Shown: one piece after another, positions 1-8,315 of the stretch
How the letters are laid out: each line of letters begins with the position of its first letter
Position numbering within the stretch: the first letter of the stretch is position 1
From: a virus
DNA: 64,000 bases
Virus record (IMG/VR): IMGVR_UViG_3300033181_000085
Coordinates: 9,669 to 73,668 of that record
Reading direction: 5' to 3' (one strand)
The notes under the pieces: generated by a model
The model's database searches: none
What the model was told of the DNA's origin: nothing
Seen by the model: the letters and a program-made list of their open reading frames with translations, nothing else
Position numbers and translations under genes: made by a program

Positions 1-23
1 ACGCGCCGTGGCTTCATAACCCT

Positions 24-52
24 ATAGTATATATATGTCACATATGCCACAA
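24..52 (-). promoter_or_regulatory. sigma70-type promoter TTGTGG-17-TACTAT, leaderless start of a gene leaving the window (ATG at 17)
   Basis: -35 at 47-52, -10 at 24-29, 17-nt spacer, ATG 6 nt after -10, no SD. Confidence 0.55.
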
Positions 53-191
53 GTATTTTCTTTGTATTCCTGGGTATAAACTGTATATGGCCCAGAAGTA
101 AACGTAGGACAGGTTTAGAGTGACGATGATGAGGAGGTCGTCTCTATCTCTTTACTGCAACCGTCACAAATTACTGTGGTATTTTTGCTCA

Positions 192-599
192 TCATTCTTT
201 TTGCTCATCTGCTTTCAATAATTCATTTCTAAGCGTCCCTACTATCCTGTATATCTGCCTAGCTTCTTCTAAAGTGCGGATTTCGCCGTTATGGTAATCA
301 TGGCCTAGTTGGTGACTTATATAAGCGTAGACCTGGCTTCGTCCCATGAGCCTAGATTCCCAGATAGAGTCAAGCAGAGCATGGATTTTCTTACGGGCGT
401 TTGATATCTCGGGCGTAGCTATAACGCCTAACGGCCGTGTCGGGTTAGCTGTCTTATGATGGCAACCGACATAATTGCCGCAAGTGTCGCACTTCCAGAT
501 GGGCAACTTATACAGATCAGGTCGGTGCGGATATATTTCAGCTCCATCAGTTAACCGAGCTTCAACATCTTTCTGGCATCCAGTGCAGTAAATCTTCAT
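192..599 (-). CDS. Zinc-finger protein (DUF3268-like phage family)
   Basis: CxxC at N-terminus, WKCDTCGNYVGCH and PLG motifs, ARKKIHALLDSIW helix; SD upstream. Confidence 0.7.
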   Translation of the reverse strand: MKIYCTGCQKDVEARLTDGAEIYPHRPDLYKLPIWKCDTCGNYVGCHHKTANPTRPLGVIATPEISNARKKIHALLDSIWESRLMGRSQVYAYISHQLGHDYHNGEIRTLEEARQIYRIVGTLRNELLKADEQKE

Positions 600-608
600 T
601 ATTTGTCC

Positions 609-998
609 TCATGTGCTTTGCTGGTGATTGGTGTGGCGAAGTCCGGCCAAGCATTCATCTCACCACTTTTTTGCCTCATCGTTCAATAGTCTGGCTGTCT
701 TTTTGGAGATGTCTCCATTGCCTAAGTGAAACACCACTCCTAAACATGAGAACGAAGACTCACCGTACATATAACGTTCGTGTGCTTTAGCTTTTCCAAT
801 CAGCTCCGCCTTTCACGCCGCCTCTTCAATCTTTGCTTGGATAATTGCCCATTTAAGTATTTCGTCCAGTTCCCCGCCTATAGCGTTATTTGCTATACTT
901 GGATGTTGATGGAAGTGCGTGGACGAGCCTAGTTGCTCATTGCAGTCCAAAGCGCCATCTTTTTTATTAGAAAGCTTTTTTTGGCTGTCCGGTGTCAT
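609..998 (-). pseudogene. Phage hypothetical (~129 aa) with two in-frame TGA codons
   Basis: Frame from ATG 998 runs to TGA at 609-611 interrupted only by TGA at 813-815 and 660-662; the next gene has its own SD. Confidence 0.45.
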
Positions 999-1165
999 AT
1001 ATTATCCATCTCCTCGTCTATTAAGGCGGCAATAGTGTCGAGAGCATCGTTAAAGCCAGTTTTTCAGTCAAGCAACATAGCAGCATGTTTTTCGCCTATA
1101 TTATCGCTATCAGCTAGATACTCTTTTGTTTTTAACGCCCTCGGTGGTACCCACTTGATACTCAA
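995..1165 (-). pseudogene. Phage hypothetical fragment with in-frame TGA (…MLLD*KTGFNDALD…)
   Basis: TGA 1064-1066 is in frame with the final stop 995-997, which overlaps the next ATG (ATGA). Confidence 0.4.
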
Positions 1166-1219
1166 AATGGGACCCTCCTTTCGATTTTCGATGAACCAGT
1201 GATACCCAAAACGGGACCC
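1156..1219. repeat. Imperfect ~21-bp direct repeat tgatac(t/c)caaaa(t/c)gggaccc x2
   Basis: Copies at ~1156-1176 and ~1199-1219. Confidence 0.7.
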
Positions 1220-1257
1220 ACTCCACTGTATTCTCAAGCAGAGTGTACATATCGCAA

Positions 1258-1292
1258 TCAAAAAGAACTCGGCAGCATCACGCTACCGAGTT
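1258..1292 (-). terminator. Rho-independent terminator downstream of the SnoaL gene
   Basis: 11-bp stem aactcggtagc/gctgccgagtt followed by a U-rich tract on the minus strand. Confidence 0.65.
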
Positions 1293-1446
1293 TCCTCCTC
1301 TCCATGTGAGTGGGGCTACGGAGGTCACAAACTGGCTTGTCCCGGTGGAGGGATACCACCGAGCTGTTGCAGCTTGGGAAAAGCAGTCTCAGATACCAGC
1401 CCTCTGCGAATGGAGGGAGAAGCAGCAGGAAAGCCCACTCCTCATC

Positions 1447-1839
1447 TTATCGCTGCGCCCATAATCCAGTATCCGTAAAATTCCGGAAATGGGTCGCCTT
1501 ACCGTTGCGCATGGTTAAGATGTGAACAAAGGGGGCCACGAACGACGTTCCGCTTGCTTTTCCTTTGCCCCGGAATTCACCCAGGACAAACACCCGATCC
1601 CCAGCGTCAACGAACTCCCGGGGGACAACCGCAAACTCCTCGTAATGCGTGGGAATGGGGGCAAAGACCTCTTCGGCTACTGCCTGCACCCCCCGATGGA
1701 GGCCAGCATCATATAAACCAGATGCTTGAGGCTCGTCCCACTCAATGTTGGGGTCCATAGCCGCCTGAACGGTCGGGATGTCGCCTCGGGCGAAGGCCTC
1801 GTACATTCTCTGTGCGAGAGTCAGATTTTCCTGTGACAT
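1447..1839 (-). CDS. SnoaL-like / NTF2-fold (ketosteroid isomerase-like) protein
   Basis: MSQENLTLAQRMYEAFARGDIP…HRGVQAV…REFVDAGDRVFVLG…FRNFTDT; SD AAGGAG before ATG 1839. Confidence 0.85.
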   Translation of the reverse strand: MSQENLTLAQRMYEAFARGDIPTVQAAMDPNIEWDEPQASGLYDAGLHRGVQAVAEEVFAPIPTHYEEFAVVPREFVDAGDRVFVLGEFRGKGKASGTSFVAPFVHILTMRNGKATHFRNFTDTGLWAQR

Positions 1840-2066
1840 GGAATGTTCTCCTTTCTTAAGGATGTTCATGCAGGAGAAGCGTCTCTTCCCCGGTTGGAAT
1901 GGTGATAGCATCTCCATCCACTCTGTAAACGATGAGGGAGAACATTTTTCGGCTACGGATTGCTGATTGGGTTGGAGAAAAGCTGCCTGCTATTTCAGCA
2001 TTTTCAACAGGTTGTCACCACGGTAGGAAAGACCCTGGGTTCATGGCAATAGTTTGTAAGCAAGCA

Positions 2067-2090
2067 GCACACTTACTGTGGGGGAGAGCC
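2067..2090. mobile_element. Possible ISL3-like terminal inverted repeat relic
   Basis: Ends gggagagcc (reverse complement GGCTCTCC), resembling the ISL3 GGCTCT terminus. Confidence 0.25.
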
Positions 2091-2285
2091 GAACGTTCAT
2101 TATCAAAAACACTCTTTAACCTCAATATCTTTCTTCTCCCCCAGCACCTTTTCCTTGAGAGAGAAGACGCTCTTTGTCATGCCGTATAAATATTATATCT
2201 AATGCAACATCGAACGCCTTATGCCCACAGTGAGGGCAACGCAAGCTGTACAGTTTCCCCATATCATCTTCAACCTTACCCATAG

Positions 2286-2510
2286 CTATTTGGTCTCCGG
2301 TTCGGGGTGGGATGTACTATGTTCTAAACCTGCCCTACAAATGCGTATCAGTTCAGTCAAATGCTCTTTGCAACCTGAAATCAGTACGTTAGCTCTACCA
2401 ACTCTGATATAGGTATAGGCTACCGGCAACGGTTGGGTTACATCCGCACTCAGTCCAATCTCCGTACCAGGCGTATCACGAATAGCTTGTTCGCATTTAA
2501 TACAGCTCAT
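2286..2510 (-). CDS. Phage hypothetical protein with CxxC
   Basis: ORF in a tightly packed minus-strand operon. Confidence 0.55.
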   Translation of the reverse strand: MSCIKCEQAIRDTPGTEIGLSADVTQPLPVAYTYIRVGRANVLISGCKEHLTELIRICRAGLEHSTSHPEPETK

Positions 2511-2513
2511 CCT

Positions 2514-2708
2514 CTACTTTCTCCCTTCTGTGGTAGGGGCAGTACGAGCTTTAGCTAACTTTTCCTTAGCACCTCTACCGCAACAATCATCTATGGTTTT
2601 ACCACCATCATGTGAACTGTATCCGCATTCGCACCACCATGTATAGGTTGGTGAAAAAGTATCAATTACAAAATTACTGCTTTCCCATTTATGCGTATGC
2701 TCGCTCAT
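2514..2708 (-). CDS. Small Cys/His-rich phage hypothetical (MSEHTHKW…WCECG)
   Basis: ATG at 2708 with SD; packed operon. Confidence 0.55.
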   Translation of the reverse strand: MSEHTHKWESSNFVIDTFSPTYTWWCECGYSSHDGGKTIDDCCGRGAKEKLAKARTAPTTEGRK

Positions 2709-2715
2709 TATTTCT

Positions 2716-3159
2716 CTATGCCTCCTTAGCCAGCAGGTTATGGTGTTCCCAGATGTTGCCGATGACTTCGCAATCATCAAAACCATCATGATAAGTAAGC
2801 TCACTATAGCGCATGTAGTCGAAGTTAAACCAAAATCCAGGGTGCATACTTCCACCACTATCCCAATTTAGATCGGTAAAGTACTTTACTTCAGCAATGG
2901 AACCTGTAACCCTACAAATATCCCCCTCATAAATCTCTGTGCCATTTTTATCCAACAGTCCGGTGAATTGCATTATGACCAAATCGCCGCTTGCGATAGC
3001 CTCGTCATCCCAAAGGTAAAGGTGAGCAAAGCTACCTAGAGTTTCAATATCCGGTGAGCCTTGCACTGCCATATGACGCTCAGATTCATCAAGCCAATAT
3101 TCTGAGTGTTCATCAGCCCAGCGTTTATCCCAAGCCCTAAATTTTATTACCCTATTCAC
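2716..3159 (-). CDS. YopX family protein
   Basis: IKFRAWDK…MQFTGLLDKNGTEIYEGDI…EVIGNIWE signature. Confidence 0.9.
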   Translation of the reverse strand: MNRVIKFRAWDKRWADEHSEYWLDESERHMAVQGSPDIETLGSFAHLYLWDDEAIASGDLVIMQFTGLLDKNGTEIYEGDICRVTGSIAEVKYFTDLNWDSGGSMHPGFWFNFDYMRYSELTYHDGFDDCEVIGNIWEHHNLLAKEA

Positions 3160-3327
3160 AATTCCGCCTCCTTAGTTACTCGCACTCCTTAAAATTGTCC
3201 CATCCGGCGCATGAGTAGCCGCCTAATTGCTTGGGACAGATACCTAACAGGTGGCGGATTTTCTTGAATAGCATATGGTTTGCAGGCCGGTTCGTAACCT
3301 TTGTCTTATCCAGAATCTTTTGATAGC

Positions 3328-3723
3328 TCATGCATCACCTCCACTCCCATATATCTGTTGCCCTTTATCCGTAACCGTGAAGCGGGCGTTCTTGCCGTCC
3401 GGGTGCATCGAGTATTCTCCATCCTTAGTGACAATGCCGTTCCGCACGTTTACCTCGAAGCCGACCTGCATCGCCAGTACGCTATAAGCTTTGGCGATTT
3501 CCTCGATGGGCATGGCTATATTGCCGCTGAAGTGCATCGCCACGCCGAGTAAGTGGGTAAACGATTCTTCGTCCTCTATATGTTCCTCGCTGACCCCGCC
3601 GATCACGTTGGCGACCTGCTTTAAACGTTCGTCAGGGATGGTACTGAGCCAATTGTCAAAGCTGGGGTAACCTTGAGCTTCTGTTAAGATATCCTGTTGG
3701 GGTTGGGGGGATTGTTCGCTCAC
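3328..3723 (-). CDS. Phage hypothetical protein
   Basis: GTG start overlapping the upstream stop; 131 aa. Confidence 0.6.
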   Translation of the reverse strand: MSEQSPQPQQDILTEAQGYPSFDNWLSTIPDERLKQVANVIGGVSEEHIEDEESFTHLLGVAMHFSGNIAMPIEEIAKAYSVLAMQVGFEVNVRNGIVTKDGEYSMHPDGKNARFTVTDKGQQIYGSGGDA

Positions 3724-3896
3724 CTGCTTCCTTTCGCTTGCGCCTCTTTATACACTTTCAATATCTCGCGGATGACAAAGGCGAAACTCATAGGATTACC
3801 TTTTTGAGCGGCCAGCTGGCGTTTGATCGCTTCTAGCTCGTTATATTCCGGCCGGTAGACGCGTAAGGTGATGAATCTGTCTGTTTTTTGGACCAT
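3720..3896 (-). CDS. Small ribbon-helix-helix-like DNA-binding protein (58 aa; not in ORF track)
   Basis: MVQKTDRFITLRVYRPEYNELEAIKRQLAAQKGNPMSFAFVIREIL: strand-helix-helix pattern. Confidence 0.5.
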   Translation of the reverse strand: MVQKTDRFITLRVYRPEYNELEAIKRQLAAQKGNPMSFAFVIREILKVYKEAQAKGSR

Positions 3897-3987
3897 TGCT
3901 TTGCTCCGGTTACATAGTTGCTTACATAACCAAGCATACTACGATACCGAAACGCACAGCGGCCAGTTAAGAGGAAAGCCTGCCTGT

Positions 3988-4170
3988 TCATCCCTTGCCT
4001 TTCAGCTCCGGATGTGCTTCTACATAAGAGTTCACGATCTCACGCATGGCAAACGGGCCGCTGACCGGAACACCCTTGTTGGCTTCCATGTGTTGTCTGA
4101 TCGCCTGGATAATATCAAATGTCTGATTCAGGACCATGATAGTCTTGTGAGTTGATTGTCTGTCCGCCAT
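3988..4170 (-). CDS. Small RHH-like DNA-binding protein
   Basis: KTIMVLNQTFDIIQAIR…VSGPFAMREIV pattern, parallel to 3720-3896. Confidence 0.5.
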   Translation of the reverse strand: MADRQSTHKTIMVLNQTFDIIQAIRQHMEANKGVPVSGPFAMREIVNSYVEAHPELKGKG

Positions 4171-4268
4171 TAGTTTCCTCCTACAGGTGCGGTCATGTAA
4201 TTAAGCGCTAAGAAGATTCCTGCCAGGGACAGGATGGCCAGTATCCAGATAAAGATAAGTGATTTCAT
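4170..4268 (-). CDS. 32-aa single-TM peptide (MKSLIFIWILAILSLAGIFLALNYMTAPVGGN)
   Basis: Start/stop overlaps with both neighbours; paralog of 4456-4554. Confidence 0.65.
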   Translation of the reverse strand: MKSLIFIWILAILSLAGIFLALNYMTAPVGGN

Positions 4269-4456
4269 TGCTGTTGCTCCGTTGGTTCGTGTGTCATGTC
4301 TCCTCTTTCCTTAAGGTACGCCGTCAGCGCCTGGTGTAGATTGATGCGTACTTCGCTGACAATTCGAGACATACTCTTCTTGCCGCTTAAGAAATTAACA
4401 GCGTCAAGCCCAGCTTCGTCCATGATCTTATAGAGGTCAGCAGTCGGGTCGTGCAT
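4265..4456 (-). CDS. Phage hypothetical protein
   Basis: Translationally coupled to both flanking peptides. Confidence 0.6.
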   Translation of the reverse strand: MHDPTADLYKIMDEAGLDAVNFLSGKKSMSRIVSEVRINLHQALTAYLKERGDMTHEPTEQQQ

Positions 4457-4554
4457 TATCTGCCTGCCAACGGTGATGTAATATTGAGAAACATGATGAC
4501 GATGATGCCGAACAGTACGAGTGCTATTGTCCAGATAAAAATAAGTGATTTCAT
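4456..4554 (-). CDS. 32-aa single-TM peptide (MKSLIFIWTIALVLFGIIVIMFLNITSPLAGR)
   Basis: TAATG overlaps at both ends; paralog of 4170-4268. Confidence 0.65.
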   Translation of the reverse strand: MKSLIFIWTIALVLFGIIVIMFLNITSPLAGR

Positions 4555-4730
4555 TAATTGTTAAGCCCTTCTTTTATGCTTAGTTCTAAGGTCGCCATCC
4601 ACCGTATAGTCGCGCCGACACTGATATTTTGGCCGGTGCGTTTTTTGATGTATTCTGCTCGACGCTGCAAGGCTCTGAAAGTTTCGTCATCAACTCTCGG
4701 TTTGTGTATCTTGGTCACTTGGTCGCTCAC
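4554..4730 (-). CDS. Small RHH-like DNA-binding protein (58 aa)
   Basis: GTG 4730 overlaps the upstream stop; HKPRVDDETFRALQRRA…ISVGATIRW. Confidence 0.5.
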   Translation of the reverse strand: MSDQVTKIHKPRVDDETFRALQRRAEYIKKRTGQNISVGATIRWMATLELSIKEGLNN

Positions 4731-4918
4731 GCTATCCTCGCTACCTTTTGTCCGAGAAAATTGAGGTGCAGGACATTTAGATTGCAGTTTTCGCACCACA
4801 CCTGCAGACCTAGTTTCGTAAAACCGACTGCCAACTTGCCCGACATACAATTGCGACAATGCATATATGTACTAATCTGTAAGTCGTCAGGTTTAGGGTT
4901 AGTTTCTTCTTTGCTCAT
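4727..4918 (-). CDS. Small Zn-ribbon protein (HCRNC…WCENC)
   Basis: Two CxxC motifs; coupled ORF. Confidence 0.65.
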   Translation of the reverse strand: MSKEETNPKPDDLQISTYMHCRNCMSGKLAVGFTKLGLQVWCENCNLNVLHLNFLGQKVARIA

Positions 4919-5223
4919 TTCACCGTCTCTGCCAATTTCTTAAAGAATTTCCACGGCATATCACCTATTTCAGCACTATCGTAGCCTTCAAGGTTTTCCA
5001 TACCGTCCTTCATTCCGAGCGTCAGGAAACATGCAGGCGAACAAACGTCAAAGTATTTATAGCTCTCGCAACTGTCATTGCCCCATCCGCTATGGGCACG
5101 GCTATAGTTGAACCAAGTCTCTTCGTAAACGGTGTAGTCATTCTCAATAGCGCCGCAGTTATCGCACTTGTGGCCGACAACGGTTTTCTTAAAAACTTGT
5201 TTCTGCTCTGTGATCTCGCTCAT
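4915..5223 (-). CDS. Phage hypothetical with CDNC / CSPAC motifs
   Basis: Coupled ORF with SD. Confidence 0.65.
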   Translation of the reverse strand: MSEITEQKQVFKKTVVGHKCDNCGAIENDYTVYEETWFNYSRAHSGWGNDSCESYKYFDVCSPACFLTLGMKDGMENLEGYDSAEIGDMPWKFFKKLAETVK

Positions 5224-5333
5224 ACACCTCCTGACATCTCAGTAATATTCAAAGTTCATGCCGCTTCGTTTATCGATCTCGACCTTGATTCGTTGTGGGC
5301 GCGTGGTTCGCTTCGTTTGCTTTATGCGTATTT

Positions 5334-5702
5334 TCATCGTTCAAGCTCCCGACATACACCGTTTATAAGCTCTGCTAGCTTTTCGGTCGTAATATTTGTG
5401 CCAAGGTTCAACTTCTCGCCAACGTAACCCGCAAACTTTTCAGTACCATTCAGCTCAAAGCCGAACATGCCGAAGTGCGATACTGCTACAAAGAGATCGG
5501 TCATGGAGTGCATACCTCGTTGCAGGTGGCCGTATTGTAGAGGCTTGTATGCCAGCAGAATATCTAGTTGCGTCCCTTCCTGATCGGTCCAGGCGAAGAT
5601 TATAGGGTCGTGGTTGCTTAAGTGGCTTGCAAGACCTTTATATGTCTTTTCGCTATTGAATACCGTCTGATATTCGTCCTGGTCAACGGTAGCCGGGTTC
5701 AT
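5334..5702 (-). CDS. Phage hypothetical protein
   Basis: 122-aa ORF, ATGA overlap upstream. Confidence 0.6.
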   Translation of the reverse strand: MNPATVDQDEYQTVFNSEKTYKGLASHLSNHDPIIFAWTDQEGTQLDILLAYKPLQYGHLQRGMHSMTDLFVAVSHFGMFGFELNGTEKFAGYVGEKLNLGTNITTEKLAELINGVCRELER

Positions 5703-5798
5703 TTGACGCTAATCCTAATCTGCCCTAAGTACCCATTTTTGACTCTCGCTAATATCTCGTCACGCATCTTCCATCCCTTCTCATTGTTATCTTCAGCA

Positions 5799-5947
5799 CA
5801 CAGTACTCCCGACGGTTACACGGCACCATGGTCTCGGGCTGGTAACAAGCAATCACGCAAGGTGACTGAGTTTGACCCGCGACCGCTGATACTACGTTCG
5901 GCGGCTTACTGGGTGGGGTTGCGCCCATAACTGCCGGGAATACTGTG
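5799..5947 (-). ncRNA. Candidate structured ncRNA / cis-regulatory RNA (~150 nt)
   Basis: 15-bp closing stem 5933-5947/5799-5813 with G-U pairs only on the minus strand; internal hairpins; intergenic. Confidence 0.5.
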
Positions 5948-5962
5948 GGTTGAATTGTTAAA

Positions 5963-6172
5963 CTACGCTCCTAAAAATTCTGCTATGTTGTTCAGTTCTT
6001 CTGTAACGTGTCCGAGGCTGCCGACATCGGACCAGTTCTTTGGCCTGCCGTCATTGTGGTATTCGTTGACCTTATTCTTTATGGCTGCAAGCACATCCAG
6101 TATTTCTTGGTAGTCTTGCTCGAAGGCTTCTTGAGCTGTTTGCTGGGGTTGTGATTCGGGGGTGTGTTCCAT
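5963..6172 (-). CDS. Phage hypothetical helical protein (…PKNWSDVGSLGHVTEELNNIAEFLG)
   Basis: ORF from ATG 6172. Confidence 0.6.
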   Translation of the reverse strand: MEHTPESQPQQTAQEAFEQDYQEILDVLAAIKNKVNEYHNDGRPKNWSDVGSLGHVTEELNNIAEFLGA

Positions 6173-6574
6173 GCGGGGTTCCTGATTAGGGTGATACGTT
6201 GAACTCCAGTGCACGTCGCCAGCGGTAATGCTCGCTGCATAGTTTTGCTTACGCCAGGTGTTATCGTTATGTGCGAGGCACGCCCGACAACTAGCACTTG
6301 GTTTCCTGAATACGTCTGCTCTGATTACTACTGACGATGTGAGCTGGAGTTGTTAATGAACTTGGTTCTTTGGCTGTTCACGAGTCGAACGTGATTACTT
6401 CCTTTCAGCCCATGTGAGCATTTTTCTGCCTTACTCGGGGCGGTAGTCTATCGTAATACCGGCATGTAGCCACGGCTGATTAAATCTGCTAGCTCATAAA
6501 CTGTGACTTGCCCTGTGTATTTCCCTTGCGCGTTTTTCATGTCGTGTTCCTTTCGTTTATTTGTCTATAAACTA

Positions 6575-6618
6575 ATACTATATGTTGCATTAACATATGT
6601 CAACATGCATTAACATAT
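6575..6618 (-). promoter_or_regulatory. Strong leftward promoter TTGACA-17-TAGTAT with tandem 13-bp operators
   Basis: -35 6598-6603, -10 6575-6580; tgcattaacatat at 6586-6598 and 6606-6618. Confidence 0.75.
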
Positions 6619-6652
6619 ACAATAGATATTCCTGTGCATAACTTTAGACACC

Positions 6653-6677
6653 AAAAAACCGCCCTGAGTAGGCGGTT
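6653..6677 (-). terminator. Rho-independent terminator
   Basis: aaccgcc/ggcggtt stem plus U-run on the minus strand. Confidence 0.65.
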
Positions 6678-6765
6678 CGTTACTGTTTGACGTTTGTCTC
6701 GATTACTCTCGCAGGGTGATCCAGACCCTTCTATTGTATCAAGTATCAGTCAGTTTTACATTGAT

Positions 6766-8007
6766 TTACTCAAGCATAATTTCTACACATTACGTGCTAC
6801 TATGTAACGATGAAACAGAAGCGAGCCTATAGATATCGATTTTATCCAACTGTCCAACAAACGCAGCTCTTTGCGCGAACATTTGGCAGTTGTCGGTATG
6901 TCTATAACTGGGCGCTCCGTCTGCGCACTGATGCATATTATGACAGGCAGGAACGGTTATACTACTCAGATCTTTCTGCAGCACTTACAGGACTAAAAAA
7001 GCAGGATGATAAGGTATGGCTCAACGAAGTATCATCTGTTACCTTACAACAGACTTTGCGTAATCTAGATAGAGCACTTCTCAATTTCTTCGCTCGGCGT
7101 AACGAGTACCCTAACTTTAGAAAGAAGTGTAACCGTCAATCTGCTGAGTTAACTGGATCTGCTTTCAAGTGGGATGGAGAACAGTTATTCCTGGCTAAAA
7201 TGGGTGGCCCACTCGCTATCCGTTGGTCGCGCCCTCTGCCGGAAGGCAGTAGACCAACCACTGTTAGTGTCTCTAAGGATACGGCCGACCGCTATTTCGT
7301 ATCGATCCTAGTCGAACAGGATATTACACACTTGCCCACCAATGAGAATACCGTGGGTGCTGACCTAGGTCTGAAAGACTTCGTAGCCTTATCTACCGGT
7401 GAGAAGATAGGCAATCCCAAATTCTTCACTAAAGACGAGAAAAATCTTGCGAAGGCTCAGGGACGTCATGCTAAGAAGCAGCCTAGTTCTAACAATCGAA
7501 ACAAGGCTCGCCTCAAAGTTGCTCGCATCCATGCTCGTATAGCCGACCGCCGCCGTGACTTCCTGCACAAGCTCTCGACGCGCTTGATCCGTGAAAACCA
7601 AACGGTCTGCGTGGAGAGTTTGTCGGTGAAGAACATGGTGCATAACCGAAGCCTTAGTAAGGCTATTAGTGACGTTGGATGGGGTGAGTTTATTTCGTTA
7701 TTGGAATATAAGGCTGAGTGGTACGGTAGGCATCTCGTCAAAATTGACAAGTGGTACCCTTCCAGCAAACGCTGTTTCAATTGTGGACATATTCTTAACT
7801 CCTTAACACTTGATGTAAGACATTGGACATGTCCTGAATGTGGCATTGTCCATGATCGCGATGTTAATGCAGCTATGAATATAAAAGCGGCAGGGCTTGC
7901 CGTTTACAATGCTTCTGGAGAGGCTGTAAGACCTGGGCGGATTCGTTCCAATCGGGCACGCCTCAATGAAGGAAGAATCCCTAGCTTTCAAGCAAGGTGA
8001 ACGTCAC
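6766..8007 (+). mobile_element. TnpA-less IS200/IS605-family (IS1341-like) element
   Basis: TTGAT immediately 5' (6761-6765), TCAC at the 3' end (8004-8007); removing it restores an in-frame gene end. Confidence 0.65.
6810..8000 (+). CDS. tnpB: RNA-guided endonuclease TnpB (IS605-type)
   Basis: RAYRYRFYPT N-terminus, RuvC GADLG / VCVESL / HDRDVNAA, Zn finger CFNC…CPEC. Confidence 0.95.
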   Translation: MKQKRAYRYRFYPTVQQTQLFARTFGSCRYVYNWALRLRTDAYYDRQERLYYSDLSAALTGLKKQDDKVWLNEVSSVTLQQTLRNLDRALLNFFARRNEYPNFRKKCNRQSAELTGSAFKWDGEQLFLAKMGGPLAIRWSRPLPEGSRPTTVSVSKDTADRYFVSILVEQDITHLPTNENTVGADLGLKDFVALSTGEKIGNPKFFTKDEKNLAKAQGRHAKKQPSSNNRNKARLKVARIHARIADRRRDFLHKLSTRLIRENQTVCVESLSVKNMVHNRSLSKAISDVGWGEFISLLEYKAEWYGRHLVKIDKWYPSSKRCFNCGHILNSLTLDVRHWTCPECGIVHDRDVNAAMNIKAAGLAVYNASGEAVRPGRIRSNRARLNEGRIPSFQAR

Positions 8008-8315
8008 TGTATCAGAAGACAGAATCCGATAAAGACAATAAGTATCATCAGACCGAAAACGAAGTTAAAGACGTGGTAGGCGGCAGCGGTGACAAGGATA
8101 GCAGTCACGCCGAGAGCTCCCATGATTATAGCCGTTTCGGTTTTAGACAGTATCGGTTGGGATACTGGTAAGGTCTGGCGTGACGTTGCTGGCTGGCGAC
8201 GTGTAGTCGGACGTGGATTCGGTAGCTGACGGCTGGATGTCCGTGGTTTGACCGTTTTCGATATTTTGCGACGCGTGTGTTTCTGCATAATGCCTGCATA
8301 TGTAGTATATGGCAT
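8004..8315 (-). CDS. Small membrane protein (true start possibly internal)
   Basis: Hydrophobic C-terminal helices; its stop codon is supplied by the IS end. Confidence 0.45.
   Translation of the reverse strand: MPYTTYAGIMQKHTRRKISKTVKPRTSSRQLPNPRPTTRRQPATSRQTLPVSQPILSKTETAIIMGALGVTAILVTAAAYHVFNFVFGLMILIVFIGFCLLIQ

Noticed and set aside
609-1165. Genome-wide TGA recoding (code 4 or 25)
   Set aside because: TGA is used as a coupled stop (ATGA/TGATG overlaps) throughout, e.g. 53070 and 18663, and Trp is encoded by TGG in intact genes.
6220-6440. Degenerate Cys-containing ORF (…SCRACLAHNDNTWRKQNY…)
   Set aside because: No start or SD, bounded by a stop; cannot be distinguished from chance.
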